DNA from: Podarcis vaucheri
Lineage: Eukaryota
DNA length: 64,000 bases
Reading direction: 5' to 3' (one strand)
Assembly: GCA_965113315.1 (NCBI GenBank)
Contig: OZ220365.1
The translations under genes and the position numbers were made by a program. Position 1 is the first letter of the stretch. The number at the start of each line of letters is the position of its first letter. A model generated the notes under the pieces. The model was not told where the DNA came from. It searched no databases and saw only the letters and a list, made by a program, of their open reading frames with translations. This document shows, in pieces, positions 22,485 through 36,938 of this stretch.

Positions 22485-25400
22485 TCATGCATATTACATT
22501 GGCTAACCTCCCCCGCCCTTAATAGTTTATTAAAATGGAAGTGATTGATTCTGGAGAATGCAAACAAAGTACAGAATCTACAGGGTAATGACTATATAGA
22601 GAGCAAGTTTTCATCAGCGTGCCAGTCACAGATTATAACAATTTATCTATATACCATTGCTCTTCTTGTTTATGAGCAGCCCACCTGACTGGAATGTATA
22701 AATTACACATTTGTTGGAGGCTGTAAACCAATAATTTGCAGCCTCCATGTTTTAACTCGTTGTGATTATTGTGTCACATCAGGCTGCCACACTGGTTCTG
22801 TGAGCAACAGATGAAAGGAAATGGATCTATGCTCTTTGAAAAATTATCCCAGGTTTTACAAGGAACCTGTGAATTCCAGTAAGTGCTAAAGATAACCTAG
22901 ATGGACATGGTCAGACCTTATATTTTCCAAGGGAGCAATTGCATTGTTTCTTTGTTCCAGTAGACTGCTTTGGAACCAGTGAATTTATATGCCATCTTCC
23001 TAATTTATTCTGTCAGGTACTCAAGGAAACTATCACTACTAACTACTTGTTAGTTTTAATGTTCTGTGGCAATGAATTTCATAGCATAAAGTGATTCTTT
23101 TTTGCTTCTAGTTAGTTGCTCTGGATGGCCTGAGTACTAGAATTCTGGGAGATTCTTCAGCAGAATGGTTAAGTTACTAAATTTGTGAATTACGCCATAA
23201 CAAGATCCCCAAAAGATTTACAAGATGAATAAAATACAGCAACATAGCAATAATATAAAAGCATAAACATATGAAAAACATAGTGAGAATAAAAGCATCC
23301 TATCAAGGGCCCAGGAAAACAAGCAAACAAAAAAAGGTCTGGCACTGAAACAATGACCAAGTTGGGACCTGGTGGGCCTCCCTTGGGAAAGCATTTCATA
23401 ATTAGGAAGTTACCACTGAAAATATGCGTTCTCTTACTGCTACCCTCCAGACCCCCCTTGAAGGCAGCATGCAGAGAAGGGCATCAAAAGTCAATCTCTG
23501 GGTCCAGGCAGGTTCATATGGGGAAAGGGGTGTGCAGTGCTTTATGGGGGGGGCATAAAAAATGGCATGATGGTTCTTGTATATTGACAAACATTCCATG
23601 GGTGCCAGCATAAAATAGAGGCTATGGGCAGCAAGAAAAGTGGTGTTGGTGCTCTGTATAGGTGAGTACCATCACAAAATAAGCCTGGAGGTGGGCATCT
23701 GTTTTAGGATGTTGTAAGTCCATAAAGACTTGAGCACAGAAGAGAGGTTCCAGAAGGACGGTTCATAATGTATGCAAACTAGCAGTACAATGCAATCTTG
23801 TCCCCCTTATTCATGACACACTCCTACTTAGCTTTGCTGAATCTGTGGTGGTGACCAGATTGATCTAAAAGTTGCTCGTGGGTTTATTATAGTCTCCAAA
23901 CCCCATGCCAATTGATGTCCTTTCTACTGGGCATTTTATTTTGGCAGAACCTAAAAGGTCACTAAAAGTGTCGTGCAGCTTCTAATGTCTGTTAGTATTG
24001 GCATGGGATTGAATAAATAAACCTTATTGACTGAATGACCACAGATGTTCTAATCCTAAACTGATTCATCAAACACACTGAAAGTTGCTTTTGATCTTTT
24101 AAGAACATCACCACCAGTTAGGGTTCTTAACTATGTTTCTTCAGGAGCAAATCTGAAAGTGCAGAGGCATAATCCCATTGATGTGAAACATCAAAAGCTT
24201 ACAGTCACTTCTTTCATGGAGGCATGATTTTAAAATTTCTTACAGACCCGTCATATGCATGCTTATCTGGAAGTCACACTGGTAGTTTCCAATGTGATTT
24301 ACTCCTCTATTTACAAGATTGCACAATTAGTTTATCAGAAAACATGTAGATTATTCAGGCATGCTAATGCCTAAATAAGTTGCCTCTGTGTATATCTGTA
24401 TTTATTCCTCCTCTGGAGATGGCAGCAGTGGTCAAAGTGCCTGTTCTGACATCACATTAGTATCTTTCGCAGACGGCAGATAAAGCAGAATGGGCTGGCA
24501 AGTGTCCACTGCAACCTTCTAGTTGGGGGATAAATAATTCACATCTGTTCCTTCAAGTCCAGTAGAAAGGGATAAAATATTATTAAATTGCAATGGTAAT
24601 TTATTTGTTGTAATAAATATTAATGCATCCACAGTGTCTTTAGAGAAATCATAATCCTGCTTCCTCAAAAGCCTGGGAAAACAGATTCATTTCTTTACAA
24701 GGTTGCGTATTTGCCACCCAATCCTGAGACAGATGGTGACAATGGTGAAAACATTGAGTTTATTGTTGAGGAGGTTGGTTTTTGAGATGTACCCACACAT
24801 GCTATAAATGACTGTGTCACAGGTTTTATTTTGGATATTTGCCAAATGGGCCTTAGTTAATGTACTTTACCACTAAAGAAAGACAAAATGAATCTTTGTG
24901 GTCCTTATCTGTACTTTGCAATGGGCAACACATTGTTATGTTGGGAATCAGGATTTCTTTTGTATCCTGATGGAGACAAGGGTAGATTTGCACAACCATC
25001 TTGTAGCACTTGCGACTTATCTTGTGACAAATACTGCCTGGGTCTGATGAAAAGGCCTTGTTAGCTGAGCCTTGATGTAAGTCTCAGATAATCAACCATT
25101 ATCTCATGTTGGGACTTGCATTAAAAACATTGTTGCAAAAATCTACCATACTATTTTGTTGGCCCTAAATTCAATGCTATAATAGGGCTCTAGATCATAA
25201 TCCTTCAACTGGTGCTTTTAAAGCTGGGATCACCAATGTGGTGCCTGTAAGCACAATACATCACCTGTGAAAGTTAGTGCTGCCTCCACTCACTGTGCCC
25301 TTTTCTGCCCCCCCAAAGCACGTAGTGCTAAGGGAGGGAAACTGGAAGTGAAAAGCTACTTCCCACTTCCTCTTTCAGCTCTGATAGGAATGACCAAGGT

Positions 25401-25522
25401 TGTAGGAGGAAAATGTAGCTGATCTGGGAGACTGTGGGGAGACAGGCAGTGGCAGGGGGATAAAGTGAGATGCTGCAGGAGTCAGGGAAGAGAGAATGGC
25501 AGGGAAAAGTGATCAGCCATGG

Positions 25523-25581
<59 letters not shown>
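25523..25581. repeat. Compound (TC)14(AC)15 microsatellite
   Basis: Direct reading. Confidence 0.95.
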
Positions 25582-25583
<2 letters not shown>

Positions 25584-26171
25584 TTCATCAAAACAGATTC
25601 CCTCCTCTTGGGGTCGCCACCATGCAAACCACTTATCTCGTTGGCTGAACCATAAAAATAATGCATCTGGTGCTTTCCAACACTGCCATGGTAACAAAAA
25701 ATGGATCCAAAGCAAAAAAATCCATGCAGATCATCATAATTTTTAAGACTGATCCTCTCAGAACCATCTTTAAATCTGTGTCCATTCATGTGTCCTGCCA
25801 TTTAGTGGTGGTTTTTGTTGTCATCCTGTTTAAGAGCCCTGGATAATTCAGGAGGATCTGTGCCTTGGATAGATGCATTTGTGCCATAGCAACCCTGGAA
25901 AGCACTGTGATGTTTACTGTGCAGTCTACTAATTGAAGCATTTATTTGATGGTGTTAGGGTGGGGAGGTTAACTCAATGTAAAATCATGCAAAAGCAAGA
26001 GGATCTATTTTAATTCCACTGGATCGGTCTTTTTACTCAAACCTTTTTGAAAAGCAAATGATGTAGGGTGTGTGTGTGCGCATGCGCTTACCCTCTTTAT
26101 GTCTGCCTGGGGGAGAGTGACCCAGGAATGGGGGAGAGAGAAGTAACCAGAGGAGTTGGCGTACATGGAAC

Positions 26172-26411
26172 CAGTGACATGTGGTCAGTGGACTAGGGGG
26201 ACTAGGCTAGTCCCCTAAATGTTTCTGGTAAATTAGAGTATTAAATTATTAAAGCTGGCACCTTCTTCCCAAAGCCCAGGAAGCTTCTGCCTGACTTAGA
26301 AAGGGAGGCACGATGTTCACACATACAACATCGCTCTTCCCAATCGCCCTCATAAGTTGATATCTTTGGCCCTAACTGTTCCCCTACAAAAAACTTTACT
26401 GCATGGCACTG
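26172..26411. mobile_element. hAT-type MITE, 240 bp
   Basis: TIRs CAGTGACATG / CATGGCACTG (1 mismatch). 8-bp TSD CATGGAAC (26164-26171) vs CATGGCAC (26412-26419). Confidence 0.75.
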
Positions 26412-27334
26412 CATGGCACACTCCCAATTGCTCCCACATGTCTCAAAAGGTTGGCAACTCCAATACAAATGTCTTGAAGTCACCTAATGCAATTGCCACT
26501 GCTCACTTTCAAAACCACTGCACATACTGAGCAAACCCCCACCAAATGGTTTGCATTCATGCAAATGGGAACACACGAACACACACAGAGGTTTGCTAAG
26601 CTGTTCCCTCCCCCCTGGTAGTAGCTTTCTTGGAGCAAACAAAACCACCTTCTAACCTTTGCAATTTTTTAGAAATAGCGTGCAGTAGCAGCAACTGCTC
26701 AGCAAATCCTCCACTAAAGACATGGATCAGACCTATGCAACTTCACTAAAACATACCATAAATTGGGTTTTGCTTTCTGTAGGAAGGAATGTCTGCAAAA
26801 GCTTTTTCACAAGGAATAGCAACTCCCCGGAAAAGAAGGGCTTTCATTAGCACAGGTTATAGATGTGGGGTTTTTACAGGCCTCACAAAGGGCAGCAGTG
26901 AGTCAGCTGGAAAAAAACAGATGGGCAGACAGAAGGAAAGCAATATGGTGTAAAACAACACAATCATCCATCTCATTTTCAACCAAGTAGTCAGCCTAGT
27001 AGCAAATGTTAACAGAACTGAAAGAAATCAGATGGCTTGAATCATACATCACCCATTCAGTGTGGAGGCTGCTAATCACTGCTTCCTCATGACAGCACTA
27101 TGTATAGTGGAATACGACATTTATGTGTTGAGTTTAGTGTGGGAGTCCCACCAACACAGACATGTAGCATTTCTGTGCTTGGCTTATTGCTGCTGTAAGT
27201 CCAAGTTCAAATAGGTCCCAATTGTGCAGAGGCCACCAGGCGGGAACCATATTTATGAACCTCTGCATGGGGGAAAGTAACGTATGACTTGGCCTTAAAT
27301 ATCCATCTTTACAAAATAATTTGGTTGTGGTGGC

Positions 27335-27420
27335 AACCCCATATCCAGTAACCTGGGAGGAAACCTACTTGAATGCAATGGGACTTACTTCTGACTAGAC
27401 GTGCATAGGCGTGTATTCTA
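27335..27420. repeat. Copy of a ~100-bp palindromic squamate MITE-like repeat (other copies near 24250, 36530, 36597/36860, 36925/37695, 40225, 48245, 59520/59789)
   Basis: Shared pattern caatcct...gaagtaagtcccact-gaa-aatgggacttactt...taggattgca across copies. Confidence 0.65.
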
Positions 27421-30097
27421 AAATGATTAAAATGTTGCAGTGATGAGGGCAAGGTTGTATGATCAAGATTATCATGGGAATAGTCATATAAATGATTTTC
27501 TAGTAAAACTTTGATATGTTTAACAGACTGTGACTGAGGGCAGTTTCATTTAATTTTCCTTCAGAAATTCTGGATCAATAAAATGTAAATAAAATAACAT
27601 CCGTATCATAAAGGCCCTCCCCTTCTCTGAGATTTCCCTGAGCTTTGGACTGTTTCCAAACTGGTGATATGTTCAGCACCTACAGCCCTACAGAAGACAG
27701 TGAGGATTGTCCTGCCCATTTCTCCCTTTCCAGGTATCAAATGTGAACACACACAGCTATTAAAAAGCTCAGATCAGAGAAGAGGGACAATGGAAGACTT
27801 GATTCACAGATGTAGATTCAATTCTTGAGTCTTCCTTCCCTAGTCATATAGTGACCCAGAAGTCACACTTCAGACATAGTGGCACCATGGGCTGTTGTGG
27901 TCTACACTATGAGAGGGAAGGGAAGAAAGCAAAAATAGCCAAACCAACCCATCGTCCTCACCACTGCCACAAATTCGATGTATTCTCCCTCCTCTTTACA
28001 TCCACGAAGCAGACTCTGTCTACCAATACCGGGTGGAGTAATATGGCACAGGCACACAGGTGTGAAGGCTTCACGGACCCCTCCCTAAAATAAGCTATGC
28101 TTTTACTTAGTGTCTTAGTGAGGCAACACTTAGAGGCAGTTTCAGAAAACATGCTTTTAGAATATATATATAAATAAACAGAGAAACGCATACAAAACTG
28201 TTCTACACGGTTTCTTATGGGTTCAGCTTTTGGGTCCCTTTGTGGACTTTTCCTGGCTCCTTTCTGCTATAATGTCCCAATTGGGTTCTCTGATCCTTCA
28301 TCTTAGTGTTTTGGTCCTTTCTCTCTCCTGCAACTCTTCCATTCTTTAACTTACTAGCTTTACATTATTTTTGCTCTCAACCTTTTAGCCAACAGGCGGA
28401 GAGTCAAATCTTGATTATGTTTCTATTTCTCCTTAATTGCCAGGTTCATAGGCTGAAACTCTGACTCTCCTGTGTACATTAGTCTCTTGTGAACTTTCAT
28501 TTTTTGTTTCTATTAAAACTACATAACGATACTTATAATTAGAATTTTAAAAAAGAAAAAGAGAAGTCTTAAATGTTTAGATTGAACATTTGCCAAATCA
28601 GAGGAATGAAATGTCTGCAAAATTAGTGTACAAATTTTAAGTGAAAAGTAGCTAATGAAAACAACAAAAAAACAAGAAATGTTACATGTGGGACAAAATA
28701 CTTACAGCAATAAGCAACTGCACATTTTGGTTTGGAAAGTCTGTTGGTTGCTTTTTGCCTTAGAGCTCATCGACATAGTACCTATTTTGGGGATCACCAC
28801 CAGCATGCCCGAAAACCCACAGCAAACAATGCCTTTTGGGTCTCTATTTTTCCTTGCTACAGGTACGTTCAGTGCTGCAAAAGTCTACACAAATTTTCCC
28901 CAACACACAAATGCATGCAGAATCTACTGGTCTATGAACATGGAACTTTTTATAAATGCAAAGTATTGTTAACAGCGTATAATAAAGACCTCCATGAGGA
29001 AATATGATACATGCAAATATAGATATTCTTTTCCCTTCCTGAATCAAGTTTCAGTTGAGCTAGGAGATTTCTAGGACAATTTCCACTACAATGCACCATT
29101 TTTCACATGGGGCATTCTAAAACTGCCCCTGAAGGACTTTCAAACTGCCAAGATGCTTCAAATAGCCTGGAAAAAAAATCTGCAGGTTGTTCCCAATCAG
29201 TGTCATCTAGAGGAAATGCAAGCATGGTAGGATCATTGTGTCCCTAATGGAACAAATTGTTAGCAGGAGATTGCTGTAGGCTAGCTTATTACTGGACAAG
29301 TAAAGAGATAAAGAAGGGGGTCGGAGGAAAGAGAGCTACAACTGCTATAAATGGAGGAAAACTCCAGCAGGAGAAGGAGAATTCTGAGGACCAAAAGTGA
29401 GACAGAATCTAAAGCAATTTCCCTATTGACTTGGCTGTAGAGGAGCCCTTGACAATCTCCCATGAAGCTGTTGTGTGCCACAGGGAACCCTGGGCTTTGT
29501 CCTAGGGTACACACTCAATTCCTGCAGGGCACTGGTAAGCTCTGTTGAACTTCAGTGTTGCCCATATAAACTACATGTGCTCTAGAAGACACCAAACATC
29601 CCCCTAACTTCTCAGATTACAGGGCAATATAAGTTGTGAACAGAGCCAGCTGTCTTTCAGGGAGGCTTGTCTACACTATTACTGATTTCACTGAGGAACC
29701 CTAGATACACTTTCAAGAAGCCCCAGAGTCTCATGAAAAAAAGCAAGCAAAAATAAAGCAGCCCATCAAATAAAAGCAAAATTAAAATCAAATGTATGAA
29801 AAAGTTGGAGATATTATGGTCAAAGGGATACTTATTTTCATAATTACAATTCCTGCAATAAAATTAAGCAACCGATCAATTGTTTTAGCACAAATCAAAT
29901 CGCTGTAGAAATACTGGAATAGAGTTTTGTAATTGATTGGAGAACTGCATTACACATTTCAGATAAGTGTATATTTCAAAGGATAGCATAGAGAGAGAGT
30001 GTGTGTGTGTAAAAGAGAGGCTGGTCACTTTGAGGCATAGACCAGTTACGTAATACCTCTGTGCAATATTTTGGTAATGACCCCAAGTACGAATCTT

Positions 30098-30438
30098 TGT
30101 GCTGGAGGGCAAATGGATGGGCTCCTTCCCTCACCTGGCTGGTAGTGAGAAGGACAATAGCCAGTGTTGGTAAGAAGCAGGCTGCAGGCAGAAGCCTGAG
30201 AAGGGAGAGCAATGCTGGATTTCTGCTGTGATGATGGGAGAAGCAAGACCTTCTGTGGTGTTAACGCTGTGAGACCCTCCATTGTAGCCTCAGCTTATAT
30301 ATATGTGTGTAAATAAGCCATGTATTATAAAGACATCACAGTCTTCATTGCCTCTCATTACAAGGACACTGAACCCTGGTGTAAGCACCTGGAACCCCTG
30401 GAATTGCACACCACTTGGAGACTGGGGTGGCAGACAAC
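30098..30438 (+). mobile_element. Possible old solo LTR
   Basis: TG...ACAACA ends and a tatatgtgtgtaaataagcc polyA-like segment. No clean TSD. Confidence 0.4.
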
Positions 30439-33400
30439 AATATATACATGCAAAAATGTAGTCTATGCAAACATTTTATCCTGTTCTGTCTACCAAAGAA
30501 TCAGCTTATATAAAGGCAACAAAACAACATCAAAGACAATAAAAATACACATACAGGTCAAACATTTAAAAATTCCCCGCAAACAGAAGACATAAAATCC
30601 CTTCAAAAACACTCCGAACAAGCATGTCTCCTACTAGTGACTGTGAAGTACTAGAAGGGTCAATCTAAGGAAAATATCAGAGGTGAGTTGATTCCACAGG
30701 GTAAGAAGCACTAGAGAAAAAGGCCCTGCAAGGATTCCCCCCCCCAACCAAACCTCCTGAACAAAGGAGACTCTAAGAAAACATTCAAATTTTTAAAGGA
30801 ATACATACTCTGGTTTGCTCCAGGGAGCCAGTAGGCCATTCTTCCTCCCATCATCGGGTATTCAGCTGTAAATTTTAGCAGGCCAAAACTCAGATGAGAG
30901 TTTGAGAGAAATAGAATTTTGCTAGGCAGTGCATTTTTAAAGAAATATTTATTAAAGACCTGGATGCTGCTTTAGCTGCATTACCCCATTAAGTTTTCAA
31001 AAATTATTTTTGGGGGTGGATGAAGGGTATGAGAAATAAAGCATTATGTAGTGGGAGATGCATAACTTTTTGTGGCCATGGGGATGTGGGCTTATATCAC
31101 CCAGAAGACTGGAACCCTAGATTTGCTGCCTAGGGCTGCTGCAATGTAATGCTATCCAAAGGTTAGCCACGGTTTAGCAATCAGGAGCAGGTTATGGTAC
31201 TGCACCCCCCCCAGCCCTCTTCTTTTAGACCGTATCAATTCTTTTGTCCTGCCTGAACCCTGGTTTGGCATTACATATGACCTTTGCTGGCCATGGCTAA
31301 GGTTTCTTTGAAACACTGGTTTGGAATCTCCAATACACTTCCAGTCTTTACATCCCAGTTTGCATTTGGTTATTGTTATGACAGTACCAGCTAGGAACAA
31401 TATGAGGAATAACAGCAGAAATGACTGAGGCAAATTAATCAGGTTAAAGAAATCTCCCAGTTACTACAATCCTAAAACAATTATTATGTTATGTTATTAG
31501 CTGAATCTACAATTTTTAATTTTAAAGAGTTAGCTTGTAACATTTCTTTCTTTCTAAAAGGTGGGGTTTTTTTATAACTGCTTGTGACATTTGCCAACCA
31601 TTCAAGGCTGTGGTTTATTTCTACTGAAGATTCCCCTGCCATTAAAAGATAGTCATTTTAAAAATTATTTCATGTAATAAGACTATATGACAGAAGAAGA
31701 AGGAAAAACATAAAACATAATAAAATTCATGGTGATCACAATCCCTCTTCGCTTATAGTGATCAGGAATTGATTTTATTAAACAGTATTCTGTTATGATG
31801 AGAAACCAAAGCAAACGTTTCTTCCATCAAAGCACCACTATTATTTAGGCATATTTGAAACACAGGATTGGCAGCTCCCTTAGGAGATGGTGACGGATGT
31901 TCGGGGAGGGATGGACCAGGTAATAAGGGGAAAGGAAAATTAACATATAGGAAGGTAGTGACAGCACCACTTTCAGTGTGTGAATCTATTTATTAATATT
32001 TTTTCATAGCACATCTATGTCTCTCAGGGATTTCCTTAACATCAACTTCATTAGTTAGGAAGGCAGCAATCCATAACCAATTTTCTTTTCATGTTGTGCT
32101 TGTTCACGTATTAAACCAGCCCCTTTGTTAAAAACATTTGCAATTAATCCCTCAAACAAAAGAAATGCAAATCTTACAGTCTCCCTAACCAAAACCCACC
32201 AACTCAAGGCCCTGATCGCCACCTATTATACACTAAAATGAATTGAAATTCCCACTTTGAGCCTAACCTAATTTTCTACTGATAATAGGCATGGATTCCC
32301 AGAAGCACTCCATGCATCTTAATAGTAACATCCTAATTTCCTTTCCTGGTAAATGTTTTAAATAAGATTTTAGCACCAAAGGAAATTAACCTTTAAATTA
32401 ATTGTAATTATAAAATGCCACCGCTGATTTTGTCTTCAGCCTAATTGCTTGCTATTATTTAAAAAAGCAGCTGCACCTCAGCTGAGCTTTAAGTTTAGGT
32501 TTCTCACAGTTACACCTTGTCAACAAATCAAGGTGTCTGCTTATGTCTGTGACCAGGCTGGTCTATTTGTGGCTCTGCAAACATTAGGATGGACAGAGCA
32601 ATCTTAATTCACAGGATAGGTGGGTGCCTCTGCTGGCAGAAAGGTCTGCAGGTGGAACACCCATGCTTGCTAAGGAAGCCTCTGCTGTGCCCATGGAAAG
32701 CTCCACAGGCAAGTATCTACCACTGACAGCAATTGGCATTCAGCACTCCTGAAACAGAGCACTCTGAGCTGAGGCAGGGGGATGAGGTAGAGGTAGCCCT
32801 GGATCCACTAGATCTCTGCTTCCTTCACAAGCATCTACTGTGTACTCGGGTTCAGGGACCATAGGGTCCAACTGCTTCCTGCTTCTGCTTGCTCTCCTGG
32901 CACTTCCAGACAGTCACCATTTTCAGGTGGCGTGCAAACACATGCCAGCGAATTCAGGCTGCACAACGTGAGCTGATTGGGAGGTCTTGTGCAATGAACC
33001 CGCTTACCCAAATGATGGCTTTTTGCAATAAGGAAAGTGATATAATATACTGGGCAGTGTGGCATAACACTTGCTTTCACGCAATGTCATCTAATCCACC
33101 CTGCAAAGATTTATGAGCATTCGTGAACACCAAAAGCCATCTAATCTACCTGCAAGCAAATCAGAATGAATGCTCGATAAATAGCTTGTCTGGAAGCACC
33201 CTTCCTCCCGCGCCCTTACTCCCACCCCCATTCCATGCAGATGAGACCTACCCCATAACTAGCAGCAGTGACTGGGATGCTCCTGAATGTTCCTCCATGG
33301 GGTTGTTAACCTACTTGTTTTAGTCAGGTTCCTGTATTCTTGTAGATGCCATAGGGGACATGAAACTTGCTACCCTTGCTGTTTGTTGAGGCACTGTCCA

Positions 33401-33701
33401 AGACACAGGGGACCTGTGGGAGTGCTAACTCCACTTATATGTTTTCCCCTTTCTGGATCCTCCATCTGAGTGCAATGAAGTTGCTACTCTCTCTCCTGCC
33501 CCCTGTTACTAGGCACCCCTATGCCAGACTGGCATGGGACTGTAAGGCTGGATCTAGAGCTTGATGGGCTAGGGGCAATAACTCTCTTCTGATTTTGCTC
33601 AGTCAGACACATGGATAGGCATATCAGGGAGCACAAGTGGAATGAAGGCTGCTGCAAGGGTGCTATGAGTTGAGGATGTGGGAGAAAATGGAGATGGGTA
33701 A

Positions 33702-34652
33702 TGTTACCTGCTGGGATCCTACCTAGTTGTGTCACCCTATTAGGCAAGATATCAGGGCAGGGTTCCATTGGTCACAAGGGCTACCAGGAATGGACCAAAA
33801 GGGGTGGGCATTGGTCTGTGTGGTGTTCCAATTGGCTCAGGTGTGTCTGGGGTTTGGTGTTATACCTTGGCTTTGAGCCATGTATTCCCTGCATTGAAAC
33901 CATGGCCTCTTCTATCCAACCAGGACTCATCTTGTAGCTTCTGCACTCCTGGGGTTGAGGCTGAGGGCAGCAGAAAGATAGGATACTCTAGGAGGTGTCT
34001 GGTGCCTGCTGCTGTGGCTGAGTTGTTAGGGAGCTGTTCTGTGGAGCCTGCAGTGTAAGTTTGAGGCACCATGACATTTTTTTTAAAGCCAGGCATGCAA
34101 GAGAAGAATTGAGCCATATTTTCCCTTTTCCCTTGCTGGGGCTTGAACTCTCATGCTTCCCAACCCTGGGACCTATAGAGTGAGCCACTGAAGGCTGTGT
34201 GTGTTGTGCTCATAAAAATGTATATGAGAGGAACATAAATGGATTTGAACCCTTGTCTATAGAGATGGAGATTGCCTAGCAGTAGCAGGGTCATTGTTGG
34301 CTAAGCCACTGGGGCTGATGGTGTGAGGTTGCTTCAGCATCATCTTGTATGCTGTATAGTGATGCAATGAACTGCAGTGTGTTTTTCCCCATTGCCAACA
34401 GTTTGCCGGCTCCTGCCACGTGTGGGTAGCATGTGGGTGCTATAGATGACACCATTTCCAACTGGAGGGCTTTGGCAGTGTTCTTTTGGACACTGGGGTT
34501 ATATCTGTCATTTTTATGCTGTTTTGAATTTTCCAGTTGTGGGTTTCTTACCCTCCCTTCCCCACCTGGACTTAGTAAACAAGAGATATGTTGGCTGTAG
34601 CAGCAGTATATCTCCAGACCTGAGGTTATGTGAGTATAGGATTGCTCCGATA
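33702..34652 (+). mobile_element. Possible old ERV-like solo LTR (~950 bp)
   Basis: Starts TGTTAC and ends GATAAC. Three CCAAT/ATTGG boxes at about 33766-33835, AGTAAA at 34574, G/T-skewed composition. No TSD seen. Confidence 0.4.
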
Positions 34653-36620
34653 ACCTTTCTCATTTTCCCCCAACATCATGATTTCTTATTAAAGGCTTGC
34701 TGAACTGCTGGGGAAAAATTCAAGCTTTTGAAATTGTGTTAGAGCTTCAAATACATGCATACATTTGGTTTGGTTTTTCTGTGCCTCAAGGAACCATTTA
34801 TAGGACCAAAACAATGTAAGCGATAGTAATCTCAGAGCATTCTAGTTTGTTAGGCTGCAAATTCTGCATGATCTTGAATTATTCTGGCCACATAAAAGGA
34901 TCCCTGAGGAGAAGGGAGGGAGGAAATGCATACAAAACAGGAACATGGATCCATATAACAAACTACTCCCCTGACAATGCAATGTTTGCTGTCTATTTCT
35001 GTATCTCTCTTTTGCATCCTAGTTTTGCAGCTTTTAAAGAAAGAGTCCAGTGTTCAACTGTTTATTTTTCAGCTATGTCCTACTGGCTGGCTGACTGAGT
35101 GGGGCATTTAGCACTGACATTGTATAAAAGTCTGGAATACCAACTACGGAGTAGATCAAAGACTCAGAAGAAGTGTGAAGGGAAAAGCCTAAGTAAATGT
35201 ATATACACCATTGTATAAACACAAGCAGCCCTATAGAGACAACTGATCCAGAGTCTGGGAGAAAGGAGCAGGCTCAAAGCAGCAAGCTCCATCTCTTACT
35301 TTACTTGGGTTCAGAAGAATGTGAGAACACACAGGCAGTGTACAGACAAATCAACTGCTCATGAGCTTGTCTCCTATCACTGGGGACCCTGCTGTATACC
35401 CAATCTCTCATATAATTTGTGTGGGCGTATTATTTTCATGTACTCCCCTTCAACCAGCTTTCAGGGCAGCATACAAAAAGTTTAAATCACAATCAAACAA
35501 ATTAAAACAAGAATGTAAAAATACCACAACATAAAACAGCAGTATAAAACCAGTCTGCAACCCCCCCCCAAAAAAACGAACAGCATAAAAACAAAGGATA
35601 GAAATTAAGGGTGCTTTTCAGAAAGGTGCTCCTCACGCATGCAGTTTATTCCAACTACATGGTGTCATTGTCATTAAAATGTCATCCTGTATTTTCCCAT
35701 GTTTAATCAAGATGAACCCTTTCCAGGAAAAATCCTGTAATAATAAAGCCTGTTGTCAATGTAGTTTGTGATAGCTCAATATTTATAATCCTAAACTGCC
35801 ACCTGGAAGCTCTTTAAAAGCCTGGAAAAAATACAAAGGTCTTAGATGCCGCAATGCCATCATTCCACAGCTGGGGTGCCATTACTGAGAAGACCCTTTC
35901 CCCTGGAGCCACAGTTGTGCCTCATGAAGGGCTTTAAATAGCAAACCCAGCATTTTGAAAAGGTGAGTGTTCCTGTTCCACTGAACATGCATAAATTCAG
36001 AACAGAGCCTGCTGCCACATGCAATCACTGTCCCTGGATCAGTTGTCTGAAGGGGGTGTGATGTACAGCTATCAGTTACTGAAATTTAAAGACAGAAAAT
36101 ATAACATCTTTGCATCTTTAGTGCAACATTAGAATGCACTAGAACATGAGTAGCATAATATTTCAATCTTCAGTAAGTTAAAAAAAGATACTTGTTAAAT
36201 TCTTATGTCAGATGTGCAACATGCATTAATGCGGAATAAACGACATTCCTAGGTCTGCACTAAAAGTCACTGACATGGATTAAAATGCATGCTTCACTAT
36301 AAGGTGTGGCTTAAATGGCTGGAAGAAATCCACATTCTAACAACACTTTAACCCAATCTAGTATGGATTCCCAAGAAATATTGAGCATCCACATTAACAG
36401 ATATTGGTATTTAGTGTCCTGGAACATGTTCAGCAAGAAATCAGCAAGGCATGGATCAGCAAGTATGAACTAAACAAATCAGAAGGTTTAATGTTATATA
36501 CCTTTCTGTCTGATTTACTACATCTGAAGCAAGTCCCACTGATTTTCACGGGACTTCCTCTCCAGTAAGTGAATTTAGGCTGGCAGTGTTCAACCAGCTC
36601 CTAATCACGTTACTCTGAAA

Positions 36621-36859
36621 TACTACGACTACTTTTTTAATTTATACCACACCCATCTGGCTGGGTTTCCCTAGCTACTCTGGGTGGTTCACAGCAGAAT
36701 AGTAAAAAGATGATAAAACATCAAACATTAAAAACTTCCCTAAACAGGGGTGCCTTCAAATGTCTTCTAAAAGTCAGATAGTTGTTTATTTCCTTGACAT
36801 CTGATGGGAGGGTGTTCCACAGGGCGGTGCCACTACCGAGAAGGACCTCTGCCTGGTTC
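36621..36859 (-). mobile_element. L2-clade LINE 3' end
   Basis: tttataccacacccatctggctgggtttccc...gggagggtgttccacagggcggtgccactaccgagaagg, with a short (TAG)n-like tail on the minus strand. Confidence 0.85.
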
Positions 36860-36938
36860 TAATAAGATTTATTTCCAAGAAAGTATATATAGAATTGAGG
36901 CATTAAGGTATACTCCTACAAATGGAATCCTCATAACA

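Noticed and set aside
25616-25648. Perfect Kozak GCCACCATG
   Set aside because: It leads to 8 codons (MQTTYLVG*) on the antisense strand.
25328-25801. 157-aa ORF and neighbours
   Set aside because: Kept open by the (TC)n(AC)n repeat, with no homology.
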